Source of the DNA: a virus
Virus record (IMG/VR): IMGVR_UViG_3300043607_000053
Reading direction: 5' to 3' (one strand)
Length of the DNA stretch: 64,000 bases
Under the pieces are notes generated by a model, which worked only from the letters and a program-made list of their open reading frames with translations, was not told the origin of the DNA and did not search any database. The translations under genes and the position numbers were made by a program. This document shows, piece after piece, positions 8,740 through 17,923 of the stretch (its first letter is position 1; every line of letters starts with the position of its first letter).

Positions 8740-8967
8740 ATGTGGAATAAGAAGCTGTGGACCGACAACCGGCAGAAATTTCTGGAAACAGAGTATGAGA
8801 GCGCCTACAAACGCGCATTCGCTTCTTTCCAGGAATTTGAAAACAAGATGGACCCTTATATAAGGCAATGTCTTCGCTGCAATGGTTATTACTGGCTCGG
8901 CAACAGCAAACCGTGTGATTGTGAATTTGACCTTAATACGAATAACCATGCAAAAAAAGCACACTAA
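8740..8967 (+). CDS. Hypothetical protein with CxxC...CxC
   Basis: CLRC...CDC. Confidence 0.5.
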   Translation: MWNKKLWTDNRQKFLETEYESAYKRAFASFQEFENKMDPYIRQCLRCNGYYWLGNSKPCDCEFDLNTNNHAKKAH

Positions 8968-9607
8968 AAAAATAGGCGTAGTCCTATTGGTAATACTTGG
9001 GGGGGGCGGTCTTTATTTTCTGTACCGGTGGGTGCAGTCTTCCCGGATGAATGCCATGTCAAAGGCCCCGGATTCTATTAAACAAAGTCAGGCGTCCCAA
9101 CCCGTAAAAGCATCTACGCTATCGATCTTCCCTTTAAAATTGGGATCTCCTAAAAACGACCTGGTAAAGCAATTACAGGGCTATCTTGGCGTCGATGCCG
9201 ACGGTATATGGGGGCCAAAAACACAAGCAGCATTTACGGTTGCCACCGGTAAAACGCAAGTAACCAGCCAGGCTGATTTTGATGCGACGATCGCTAAACT
9301 TCAAAATAGCAAAGCCATTGCCAGCAATAGTGTGCGCGGAGATGATTTAATAAAGAAATGGACCACAAACACCTCGCTTCAACTGGCCACTCTTGATAAG
9401 GTTACTTTATTGGGTGTTGTCAAAGATGCTTATGGAGCGCTCAATCCCAATAATAAAAATACAGTGGTGGGCGCCAATTATAAATTGAACAGAACCGACT
9501 ATACACCGCTTGGAATAACATCGCAGGGATTCCTTCTTTTACAAATCAATACGGGGGCATTTGCTGGCTTATACCGTGCCGACGTAAATAAATTCACTGT
9601 GGCATGA
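8948..9607 (+). CDS. Membrane-anchored peptidoglycan-binding domain protein
   Basis: ATG 8948; TM; PLKLGS...VKQLQGYLGVDADGIWGPKTQAA (PG_binding_1). Confidence 0.75.
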   Translation: MQKKHTKKIGVVLLVILGGGGLYFLYRWVQSSRMNAMSKAPDSIKQSQASQPVKASTLSIFPLKLGSPKNDLVKQLQGYLGVDADGIWGPKTQAAFTVATGKTQVTSQADFDATIAKLQNSKAIASNSVRGDDLIKKWTTNTSLQLATLDKVTLLGVVKDAYGALNPNNKNTVVGANYKLNRTDYTPLGITSQGFLLLQINTGAFAGLYRADVNKFTVA

Positions 9608-10098
9608 CACCAAAAATAAAGATAGTGCTGATCACTGCCGGCGTGCTCCTGGTGAGCACGACTGCGGTATTTGCTTTCCGGAAAAAAAAGCCGGTAGCTA
9701 AAGCAATTAAAAAAGTTGGCAGCATTATATGGCCGGAAGGTGCTGATTCCAGTGAACCTACTACCGAAACAGGCGACACAACGATAAAGCTGGGAAGTAC
9801 AGGCAGGTATGTTGAGCAATTGCAAAATGCATTGAATGATATCCATAAGGCGGCACTATACATGAATAAGAATTGCAATATGGATAAGTGGGCCACTTAT
9901 CCGGGGCCTGCCGTAAGCAGTCAGGGAGATATCCTGAATGTAAGCGGAACTTTTGATGCCAACACGCAGGCGGCTACCAAATTTTATCTGTACCGGACCG
10001 AAGTTGACCTGGACTACCTGGCTATGATCAAGAAAAAGATTGATAAGCAGAAGGCCAACAATGACGTATGTGTATATCCACTGGGAGAAATATTATAA
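9604..10098 (+). CDS. Membrane-anchored peptidoglycan-binding domain protein
   Basis: IKLGSTGRYVEQLQNALN...VSGTFDANTQAA. Confidence 0.7.
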   Translation: MTPKIKIVLITAGVLLVSTTAVFAFRKKKPVAKAIKKVGSIIWPEGADSSEPTTETGDTTIKLGSTGRYVEQLQNALNDIHKAALYMNKNCNMDKWATYPGPAVSSQGDILNVSGTFDANTQAATKFYLYRTEVDLDYLAMIKKKIDKQKANNDVCVYPLGEIL

Positions 10099-10202
10099 AA
10101 ACGGCCCCATGATGCGCTCAGGGACCGTTTACTGTCACAAATCCAATATGACAGAAAAACTAATCGAATAGCACAAGATAGAAATTAAAAATTCAAAAAC
10201 AA

Positions 10203-10598
10203 ATGGCATCCACTCCATCTTCAGCTCAACCTGCAGCAGCCGGATCCTCCGGCGCCGGTGGCCTTGCCAGTGGTCTGAATGTGGCAGCGGGTATTGTTGA
10301 CGTAGCTGCTACCATTGCCAATACAGTAGCTTCTATCAGCGATGCAAATAAACGCAGGTTGATTGAGGCTAATCTTAATGTACTTAGCCAAAAAGAACAA
10401 CAAGCCCTTGCACAGCAGATATCACGTTCAAATAATAAAAACGACCAGGCTACTATTTTAATAAATACAGTGCTTGCTGCCAGGAATGCAGCCGCCGATC
10501 GGCAGCAGCGATCGCAAACGATACAATGGATTTTGATAGGCGCTGCAGGTGTAGTCACATTGGGAATTTTGGCGTGGTATTTAAAAGCTGATGCATGA
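10203..10598 (+). CDS. Putative virion membrane protein, C-terminal TM
   Basis: WILIGAAGVVTLGILAWYLK. Confidence 0.75.
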   Translation: MASTPSSAQPAAAGSSGAGGLASGLNVAAGIVDVAATIANTVASISDANKRRLIEANLNVLSQKEQQALAQQISRSNNKNDQATILINTVLAARNAAADRQQRSQTIQWILIGAAGVVTLGILAWYLKADA

Positions 10599-11179
10599 AA
10601 CGTCCGGCGATCATTATAGGTGGATCACTTGCTCTTGCAGGTGGTCTTTTGCTGATAAGCTGGAGACAAAAAGCCGGCAATCTGGCTGCACAGTTCCTTG
10701 ATATAGCTGAAATCGGAAATAACCAGGATTTCAGCAACCAGGTGTTTAAGAAAATGTTGCAGGACGTAGGATGGCAAGGCGGTGAAGCGTGGTGTATGTA
10801 TTTCGCAAAAAGTATTTATCTGAAGGCGTTTCCCAAAAAGGCGGCACAGATAAATAAAGTTCTTACCGGTAGTACACAACAGAGCTGGGCCAATGCCCTG
10901 GCAAATCCGGATCTGTTTAAGATTGTTACCAGTGGTAGTCCACGTAAGGGTGATATCATAATATGGCAGTCTATAAATAATAGTACGCAGGGACATGCCG
11001 GCATTGCCTTAAAAAAACAAAGGGGGCATGAATGGTACACCGTTGAAGGGAATAGTGGATTCGGTGGTACAAAGGCTGGCCAGGGAGTTGTTAGGCAGAC
11101 GCGCAACCTGGTACCTGGTACAGTGATGGGAGATTTAAAATTGTTGGGATTCCTGCGATTGAAAACAAATATTTTTTAG
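10595..11179 (+). CDS. CHAP-domain peptidoglycan hydrolase with N-terminal anchor
   Basis: AWCMYF, PRKGDIIIW, GHAGI, TVEGNS. Confidence 0.85.
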   Translation: MKRPAIIIGGSLALAGGLLLISWRQKAGNLAAQFLDIAEIGNNQDFSNQVFKKMLQDVGWQGGEAWCMYFAKSIYLKAFPKKAAQINKVLTGSTQQSWANALANPDLFKIVTSGSPRKGDIIIWQSINNSTQGHAGIALKKQRGHEWYTVEGNSGFGGTKAGQGVVRQTRNLVPGTVMGDLKLLGFLRLKTNIF

Positions 11180-11180
11180 C

Positions 11181-11510
11181 ATGGCACTTACAGCACAGGA
11201 AGCATATAATCAGTTAAGCGCAGAGATAAAAAAACTCGGTGGATGGAAACCGGGGAATGTACTTGACGGAATAATTGGTGTTGGTAAAGCGAACACTGAT
11301 CAGCTCCAGCAAATGCTTAACCAGGTGCTACAAAAAAACGGGATCCTGTCTGCAGGTGATGAGGCTAATATAAAAGGCTTACTGGACCAGCAGGAAAAGG
11401 AAAAGAAAAAAAGACAAGCCATACGAGCGAAAAACTTTTTGTTATTGGGCGGTACCATGGTTGCGATCGGCGGCATCATCTACCTGGTAGCGAAGAAAAT
11501 GAAAACGTGA
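11181..11510 (+). CDS. Putative virion membrane protein, C-terminal TM
   Basis: FLLLGGTMVAIGGIIYLVA-KKMK. Confidence 0.75.
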   Translation: MALTAQEAYNQLSAEIKKLGGWKPGNVLDGIIGVGKANTDQLQQMLNQVLQKNGILSAGDEANIKGLLDQQEKEKKKRQAIRAKNFLLLGGTMVAIGGIIYLVAKKMKT

Positions 11511-11513
11511 GTT

Positions 11514-11822
11514 ATGAAAATTTCAAAAGAGCTGATAGAGTTTACTATCATTTTTGGGGGAGCTGGTGTTTTGTACCTGCTTACCAGGCCAGCCACGTCG
11601 CGTAAGCCAAAAACAACTGAACCGGATCAGCAAACGCAAATGAAGAATGCGAACACCGTTAAAGATGCCTATTTGCTTGCCCTTAAATCCGGTGAATCTG
11701 CAGCACGCCTGGAAGAGCTGAACCGGTTAACGGAAAGCAAATATGGAATGCGTGTTTTTAAAAAGAGTGATGGAAGGTATTATGTGATGGACACAAATGG
11801 GAATATTATTAAGCTGAAGTAA
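11514..11822 (+). CDS. Membrane-anchored protein
   Basis: FTIIFGGAGVLYLL. Confidence 0.7.
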   Translation: MKISKELIEFTIIFGGAGVLYLLTRPATSRKPKTTEPDQQTQMKNANTVKDAYLLALKSGESAARLEELNRLTESKYGMRVFKKSDGRYYVMDTNGNIIKLK

Positions 11823-11823
11823 T

Positions 11824-12366
11824 ATGCTTAGTCAAAGTGAAATCGATAAATATAATACTGTGATCATTAGGACCGCAATGAAGCAGGGCCTACCCGAAAG
11901 AATTGCTAAGTATGTTGCTTCACAGGCTGAATATGAAACTGGAAACTATACATCAAATAATTTCCTGAAAAATAATAATGCCTTTGGCATGGCTGTTCCT
12001 AAAACTCGGAAAAGCCGATATATACTTGGTGCGGGATCTGTCAATGCGCCGGCTGCAGAAGGCGCCTTCGCTTATGCCAGGTATGCCAGTATTGAGGATA
12101 GCGTGAAGGACCTCATTGATTGGTTCAATTATAACAACGTGAATTGGAATGCTATTACCTCTCCTGATAGTTATGATGCATTTTTAGTCAGCAAGGGATA
12201 TCATACGTCTTCGCAAAGCAGTTATACAGCCGGCCTGCGTGCTTATTATGAAAAGCTGAAAGATTTCGCTGTTCGTAATCCGAAGACAAGTATTTTAATC
12301 GGTATTGCCGGCGCTGCTATGGTGGGCACCGCTATTTATTTATTTGTAAGGAAAAAATCTGCCTGA
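11824..12366 (+). CDS. Glucosaminidase/FlgJ-type muramidase with C-terminal TM anchor
   Basis: SQAEYETG...NNAFGM...YARYASIEDSVKD; C-terminal ILIGIAGAAMVGTAIYLFV-RKK. Confidence 0.8.
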   Translation: MLSQSEIDKYNTVIIRTAMKQGLPERIAKYVASQAEYETGNYTSNNFLKNNNAFGMAVPKTRKSRYILGAGSVNAPAAEGAFAYARYASIEDSVKDLIDWFNYNNVNWNAITSPDSYDAFLVSKGYHTSSQSSYTAGLRAYYEKLKDFAVRNPKTSILIGIAGAAMVGTAIYLFVRKKSA

Positions 12367-12372
12367 TGAAGT

Positions 12373-12870
12373 ATGCCCACAATCTCACCTACAATAACAG
12401 TCAACACCACCCCGGGCATAACCATTACTATTTCGGTACCGGGCCTTACTTACCAGGCATTGATCAATATGCTTGGAGTAATGGTGTTTGATGTACAAAC
12501 ACTGTATTATTATTCCATGCTGCAGGCACAGTTTTTTAGTGCTATAAAATACAGTCAATATGATCCTAACGGCAACCAGGCTGCTACACAGGTGGTAACT
12601 CCCATCGATCCGCAGCAATATCAAAACAGCGAGCTGGTAGAGCTGGCCGGCGAGTACATATTTATCGATGGTAATTCAGCATTGACATTTAATTTTTTAC
12701 CATTCAATATGATTCAATTTATTTTTTACGCAAAGCGCTTACAAAACGAAGATGCTATTGACGCTGCTGGCTATATTAACAATTTTAAAGAGGTTGAACG
12801 TGACATGGGCATCGAAGGTTTTTTTGAAGATCCAGAGGATGCTCCGAAAATTGAATTTATTCCGGGATAA
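12373..12870 (+). CDS. Probable jelly-roll capsid-like (minor capsid/penton-type) protein
   Basis: All-beta pattern TYQAL...YDPNG...IDPQQYQ...IDGNSALTFNFLP...FIFY, recalled as jelly-roll-like; not verified by profile search. Confidence 0.45.
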   Translation: MPTISPTITVNTTPGITITISVPGLTYQALINMLGVMVFDVQTLYYYSMLQAQFFSAIKYSQYDPNGNQAATQVVTPIDPQQYQNSELVELAGEYIFIDGNSALTFNFLPFNMIQFIFYAKRLQNEDAIDAAGYINNFKEVERDMGIEGFFEDPEDAPKIEFIPG

Positions 12871-12879
12871 AAAGAAGTA

Positions 12880-14124
12880 ATGAAACAGTCCCTTATTCTG
12901 AATTTAATAAATAACACGTCCGGCACTATTCCATTGACGATACTTAGCTCATTTGAATGGGCTAACAGTGTGATCAATGCGAGGACCAGCTATACGTGGA
13001 ATATCACAGGGCTTTCTTTCAGCCCGGGTACGTTTTCTATCCAGGCAAAAGCGGATAATAGCGGATCCTTTCAAACTTATACCGGATTTGCCACTGATAC
13101 GCAATCATTGATAGCAGCTATTAATAATTTAGGCATCGGCACATTTTGGACAATCACATCGGGATCCACAATTTATTTAATCACTTATAATGACACTTTT
13201 GTTTATGCTGACCTGGTGATAGGTTTTGCATCCGTAGGATTCGTATGGACCATCCGATCCACGCCGCAGGATAGTACCTGGCGAAATGTGACGTTTGGAA
13301 ATGGGCTTTTTGTAGCCGTTTCCGTGGATGGTGCATCCCGGGTAATGACTTCTCCGGATGGTATCAACTGGACACTGCGCAGTGCACCGGTGTTCCAGTG
13401 GTTTGGCGTAACATTTGGAAATGGGCTTTTTGTAGCCGTAGGACCAGGCACGCCGGGTAGCCAGGTGATGACCTCGCCGGATGGCATCACCTGGACGCTA
13501 AGATCAACCCCGGGCCCTTCCCTTCAATGGTTCAATGTGATCTATGGAAACGGGCTTTTTGTAGCCGTTGCAAATACTGGAGTAAATGACAGGGTGATGA
13601 CTTCCCCGGATGGAATAAACTGGACCAGCAGCTTTACCCCGGTTGATAATGATTGGATCGATGTGGCGTATGGAAATGGCCTTTTTGCAGCCGTTTCCAA
13701 TAATGGAGCGGGAAATAGGGTTATGACCTCACCAGACGGCATTACGTGGACTATTCGGGCCTCGGCAGCCGATAATGCCTGGGTGAGCATAACCTACGGA
13801 AACAGCCTCTTTGTGGCCGTGGCGCTGTCAGGAGTGGGGAATAGGGTTATGACCTCACCAGACGGCATTACGTGGACGATCCGGGCCTCCGCTGCCGATA
13901 ATAACTGGTTCAAAGTAACCTACGGAAATGGCCTCTTTGTGGCTGTGGCTTCCACTGGGGTAGGAAACCGGGTAATGACGTCTGCGGATGGGATCACCTG
14001 GACCCTCCAGGTATCAGCAGCCGATAACGATTGGGATAGCATTATATATGCAAGTAATATATTCGTGGCCGTGGCAACTTCGGGTGTGGGGAACCGGGTA
14101 ATGACTTCCGGTACTATTCAATAA
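12880..14124 (+). CDS. Spike/receptor-binding candidate: N-terminal virion-attachment-like domain plus 7-bladed Asp-box beta-propeller
   Basis: Seven repeats W..VT[FY]GNGLFVAV...VMTSPDGI[TN]WT; no signal peptide. Confidence 0.75.
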   Translation: MKQSLILNLINNTSGTIPLTILSSFEWANSVINARTSYTWNITGLSFSPGTFSIQAKADNSGSFQTYTGFATDTQSLIAAINNLGIGTFWTITSGSTIYLITYNDTFVYADLVIGFASVGFVWTIRSTPQDSTWRNVTFGNGLFVAVSVDGASRVMTSPDGINWTLRSAPVFQWFGVTFGNGLFVAVGPGTPGSQVMTSPDGITWTLRSTPGPSLQWFNVIYGNGLFVAVANTGVNDRVMTSPDGINWTSSFTPVDNDWIDVAYGNGLFAAVSNNGAGNRVMTSPDGITWTIRASAADNAWVSITYGNSLFVAVALSGVGNRVMTSPDGITWTIRASAADNNWFKVTYGNGLFVAVASTGVGNRVMTSADGITWTLQVSAADNDWDSIIYASNIFVAVATSGVGNRVMTSGTIQ

Positions 14125-14367
14125 CTGTAAAGAGAAAAGATGTACGGATTATTTTACTGTCACCAGGCAGACATACGTTATTACTCAACTACAGATATAT
14201 ATTCTCAGCTAACTGAGAAAGGCCAATGATGGGCAATAACAATAATGTAATAACTAGTAATTTTATTTGTGTTTATATTTTAGTGTGAGAATATTGAAAA
14301 TCCTAATTGCTCAAATTTACTCTCCAGCTTATCAATATCTACATTTTTCCAATAGTTGTTCAAATTA

Positions 14368-14592
14368 GGTAGTGTATCAGTTTAAAGATTGAATTAAATT
14401 GTAAAAAAAATGACTAGCTCAGAATTGGCTATAATAACAAATGGTTACGCACTTCATAAAAGTGTAAAAATAATAGTAGAAAACGATGTGGTTATTGCTA
14501 AATCAGGCTACTATGATAATGGTAAATCTATTACAGTACAGTTTGTTTTAATACCTCCTGCTAATATGCAAATTTCAAACTGAGACACTACC
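14368..14592. mobile_element. 225-bp non-autonomous MITE / mobile insertion cassette (IS1/IS1595-like ends)
   Basis: 16-bp TIRs GGTAGTGTATCAGTTT / AAACTGAGACACTACC (1 mismatch); 8-bp direct repeat TCAAATTA at 14360-14367 and 14593-14600; no transposase. Confidence 0.85.
14410..14583 (+). CDS. 57-aa passenger ORF of the cassette
   Basis: MTSSELAIITNGY...MQISN*; the stop lies inside the right TIR. Confidence 0.5.
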   Translation: MTSSELAIITNGYALHKSVKIIVENDVVIAKSGYYDNGKSITVQFVLIPPANMQISN

Positions 14593-14794
14593 TCAAATTA
14601 TATAATAACCGCTTTTTATAGGAATGGGCAATCGGACGAATGCAGGCCCGGATCCCACGCCGGTCCGGATAAATAATTTCGAGCAGCGCTTTGGCATTTT
14701 TTTCCGATAATTTCTCGGTCCTGTTTTTAAAATCTTCAAACTTCATATACAATTATATAATTAGGTGACTATATATTTAATCAACCCATAAATC

Positions 14795-15013
14795 ATGAGT
14801 ATTAAAAATAAAATAGCGTTGATGTTGTTTGTGGCTGGTGCTGTTGTTTTAGTAGCCTATGCAGCAAATGATAACGATAAAATCGTCCAAATAATGAAAT
14901 GGTGGGAGAAATTGTTGTGTGTAATCGGTTTATTATGCGGATATATTTTATGGTGGTTTATGGGTTGGATGCTATGCACACTTTATACCGGAGAATCTGA
15001 TTGGGTTGAATAA
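14795..15013 (+). CDS. Small membrane protein
   Basis: Two hydrophobic segments. Confidence 0.55.
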   Translation: MSIKNKIALMLFVAGAVVLVAYAANDNDKIVQIMKWWEKLLCVIGLLCGYILWWFMGWMLCTLYTGESDWVE

Positions 15014-15061
15014 ATATATAATCACCTATAATTATTGCCCCCAACTATGGGACTTTTGGAT

Positions 15062-15418
15062 TTAATAATCTAAAGAGCCGTCGGCGAAATCTTCATCATC
15101 CTCGTCAATTTCATTAGCCCTTATCTCGTCCCAACAATTATCGCAATAACCATTGTTTCTAAATTCCATCCCTGTACCGGCTATAAATTCGCCACAACCC
15201 ATACAATACCCTTGCTCTTCTGCATGTTCGCAGCATAGATATTCAATACTATCTTCTTCAAACTCCTTTTTTTCTTCATTATAATCGCCGGGAAGCCTAC
15301 ACGCAAAACCTTTATGAGAACAACCCTCATTTTCGCAGATATGTACATCTTCCTCCCTTTCTTTAGGTTCGTCATGCCACGGTACAAAATCGTTATCCAT
15401 AATCGTAGCTTTATTCAT
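15062..15418 (-). CDS. Acidic Cys-rich (zinc-finger-like) protein
   Basis: CENEGC, CCEH, CMGC, CDNC. Confidence 0.65.
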   Translation of the reverse strand: MNKATIMDNDFVPWHDEPKEREEDVHICENEGCSHKGFACRLPGDYNEEKKEFEEDSIEYLCCEHAEEQGYCMGCGEFIAGTGMEFRNNGYCDNCWDEIRANEIDEDDEDFADGSLDY

Positions 15419-15454
15419 TTGGGGCCAATAGGTGTATAGTTGCCCAATATTAAT

Positions 15455-15481
15455 AAAAAAGGCCCTACATCACAGGGCCTT
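15455..15481 (-). terminator. Intrinsic terminator of the lipoprotein gene
   Basis: AAGGCCCT/AGGGCCTT stem, T6 on the minus strand. Confidence 0.65.
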
Positions 15482-15517
15482 CTTACAAAATCAAAATCTA
15501 CTCTATGAAAACGAACA

Positions 15518-16513
15518 TTAAAAATCAGCCGTCATAACTCTATTGCCGGTGCCGCTGTTTGCAACAGCTACAAATTTTCCGTTTCCATACGTTACACTTT
15601 GCCAATCATTATCGGCTGCAGAACTATTTTGCGTCCAGGTGATCCCATCGGTTGAAGTCATTGCCCGGTTTCCCGCTCCTGACGCGGCCACGGCCACAAA
15701 GAGGCCGTTTCCGTAGGTTACTTTAAACCAGTTATTATCGGCAGCGGAGGCCCGGATCGTCCACGTAATGCCATCCAGCGACGTCATAACCCGGTTTCCG
15801 GCTCCTGACAGCGCCACGGCCACAAACCGGCCATTTCCATACGTTATACTTGACCAATCATTATCAGCCGCCGAAGCGCGGATCGTCCACGTAATGCCGT
15901 CTGGTGAGGTCATTACCCGATCTCCCGTATCGTGCATGGCGCCATTAGCCACGGCCACAAACAAGCCATTTCCATAAGTTACATCGATCCAGTTGTTATT
16001 TGTAGGGGTAAGCTGGTTGGTCCAGTTTATTCCATCGGGCGAAGTCATTACAGCATTATTTGTAAGAACATTGGCTGAGATCGCTACAAATAACCCATTG
16101 CCATAAGCTATATTAAACCAAGATCTGCCGGGCCCCGGGGTTGATCTTAACGTCCAGGTGATGCCATCCGGCGAGGTCATTACCTGATTGCCGGTAAGAT
16201 CTCCTGATATCGCAACAAAAAGCCCGTTGCCAAATGTTACGCCAAACCATTGAGCTGACGAGGCGGCATTACGCAATGTCCAGTTGATACCATCCGGAGA
16301 AGTCATTACCCGGTTGGCGCCATCCACGGAAACGGCAACAAAAGTTCCATTGCCATAAGCGATATTTCGCCAGTAGCTATCCTGCGGGGTAGATCGCGAT
16401 ACCCAGATAAGATTTGCACCATGCGGCTTTCCCGGGGGCGGTTCGATGGGTGGCTTTGTACAGGAAGTAAGAGAAACAAAAAGAGACAATAGTAAAAGAT
16501 AAATCGTTTTCAT
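15518..16513 (-). CDS. Lipoprotein with a 7-bladed propeller, paralog of 12880-14124
   Basis: Lipobox LTS-C; seven collinear repeats. Confidence 0.85.
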   Translation of the reverse strand: MKTIYLLLLSLFVSLTSCTKPPIEPPPGKPHGANLIWVSRSTPQDSYWRNIAYGNGTFVAVSVDGANRVMTSPDGINWTLRNAASSAQWFGVTFGNGLFVAISGDLTGNQVMTSPDGITWTLRSTPGPGRSWFNIAYGNGLFVAISANVLTNNAVMTSPDGINWTNQLTPTNNNWIDVTYGNGLFVAVANGAMHDTGDRVMTSPDGITWTIRASAADNDWSSITYGNGRFVAVALSGAGNRVMTSLDGITWTIRASAADNNWFKVTYGNGLFVAVAASGAGNRAMTSTDGITWTQNSSAADNDWQSVTYGNGKFVAVANSGTGNRVMTADF

Positions 16514-16532
16514 TTTTATAAATTTTGTACAC

Positions 16533-16603
16533 TAAAATTAGAAAGGGCTTTTTCTATATGCAATAGGGGTTTTACGTTAAAAAGTTAAATAGCGTTATAT
16601 TTA
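16533..16603. promoter_or_regulatory. Divergent Bacteroidota-type promoters
   Basis: Minus: TTG-N20-TAATTTTA; plus: TTTA-N21-TATATTTA; both are variants of TTTG/TAnnTTTG. Confidence 0.45.
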
Positions 16604-16626
16604 CATAACTAAATCCATCTTAAAAC

Positions 16627-16998
16627 ATGAAAAAAAGTGTAAGCGTGTTGTTAGTGATCATAGTAATGATCACGTTAGCAACGGTGTCGTATGCGGGACC
16701 GCCCCCTGGTAAGCCACCTAAATCACAGAAAATCGTATTAAAGAAAAGTATTGATCAAAGTGAAATCGTAAAAACCGCCTTTTACCAGCATCTCCGACCG
16801 CAGGAGATCCTGGACGATGTAGGGAAGTATGATTTTATACCTGGATCAATTCATGTGGATCAGCAACCTGGCGATATTGTGCCGGCTACTATGGCTAAAA
16901 TGAAACCTGTAAAATCTCTTAGCTTCTTTGGGCACGAATATGGCCGAACGGGTGTTAAGAAGATTTATCGATTAATTCGACCTCCCACATTAACTTAG
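16627..16998 (+). CDS. Secreted hypothetical protein
   Basis: Signal peptide ending VSYA; own terminator. Confidence 0.6.
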   Translation: MKKSVSVLLVIIVMITLATVSYAGPPPGKPPKSQKIVLKKSIDQSEIVKTAFYQHLRPQEILDDVGKYDFIPGSIHVDQQPGDIVPATMAKMKPVKSLSFFGHEYGRTGVKKIYRLIRPPTLT

Positions 16999-17031
16999 TA
17001 CCGTTTTTATACTACTGAAATCAAACGAGGG

Positions 17032-17063
17032 AAGCTCCGGCATGTGCCGGAGCTTTATTTTTT
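17032..17063 (+). terminator. Intrinsic terminator
   Basis: AAGCTCCGGC-ATGT-GCCGGAGCTT then T-rich. Confidence 0.75.
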
Positions 17064-17069
17064 GCGGCA

Positions 17070-17834
17070 TTACGAATAGCGTTCTGCATAGTCATCAAAT
17101 GGGACTTGATAATCTTTATTAGCCATAAAAAAAGCCATCGCAAAGCCAGCCGGCGTGATGCTTCTTTCCTCTTTGGTTTTTTCTGATTTGCCGCCTAGTC
17201 GTTGTGTAAAACTTCCCTGGGGAGCACATTTAACCGGTTCGATCGCTTTTTTCTTTATGTCCCGATTAAAGGCGCCCCATAAACCGGTTTTCTTGGTGTA
17301 GGCATTCATCGCGATAACAAATTCTGTCTCTTGCCTGGTTACATTATGGCCATTCTTTTTGCGGATCTTATCGAGCATGGCCAGATCCTTCCTGGTCGGT
17401 TTAAGATATCCGGCATAGTCGCATGGGTGAAAGTAAACCGGTTGACCAATTTCGGGAATGAGTTTCGGCAGGCGCCCTACCGGATTTTCAACTACCCAAA
17501 AAAAGCCTCCATCGTAGTCAGGATCCGTAGGGGTAAAAAGATCAGCGAGCTTTTGCACCTGGTTGACCAGGCGAACGGCTGCTGCAGTCCTGCCATCGGC
17601 ATCTTTCATAGGCCAATACTGTGAACATGACACTGTAAATTCTGTGCAAGGGGGAGCTGCTAATATACCATCGCAGTATTCAAAAAGATCAAGGGCAGTC
17701 TCAACACTATCGATATTGTTGACGTCCATAAATTCGGAGATCTTAATATCCCATTGTATGACGTCCCAGCCGTTTGCAGCAAATGGTTCAGACCATTGAC
17801 CTGAATAGTCAAATAGGCTTAGTAATCTTTTCAT
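17070..17834 (-). CDS. C5-cytosine DNA methyltransferase (phage type)
   Basis: ATG 17834 MKRLLSLFD; AAPPCTEF; VVENP; YTKKTGLWG. Confidence 0.8.
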   Translation of the reverse strand: MKRLLSLFDYSGQWSEPFAANGWDVIQWDIKISEFMDVNNIDSVETALDLFEYCDGILAAPPCTEFTVSCSQYWPMKDADGRTAAAVRLVNQVQKLADLFTPTDPDYDGGFFWVVENPVGRLPKLIPEIGQPVYFHPCDYAGYLKPTRKDLAMLDKIRKKNGHNVTRQETEFVIAMNAYTKKTGLWGAFNRDIKKKAIEPVKCAPQGSFTQRLGGKSEKTKEERSITPAGFAMAFFMANKDYQVPFDDYAERYS

Positions 17835-17923
17835 GGGGTTGTCTTTACTCTCAAGGCCATTTCTCTCAATACCCGCATATAAAACTACAACCAAACAGGA
17901 ACATAACCTGGGAATCACGCAAT

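Larger units (their letters stand above)
14280..14746 (-). pseudogene. 77-aa gene interrupted by the TIR-bounded cassette
   Basis: Removing 14368-14600 restores the open frame MKFEDF...YNL|NNYW...FSIFSH*. Confidence 0.75.

Noticed and set aside
13250-14120. Regularly spaced ~130-bp repeats as a CRISPR array
   Set aside because: The repeats are in-frame propeller blades with synonymous variation; no cas genes are present.
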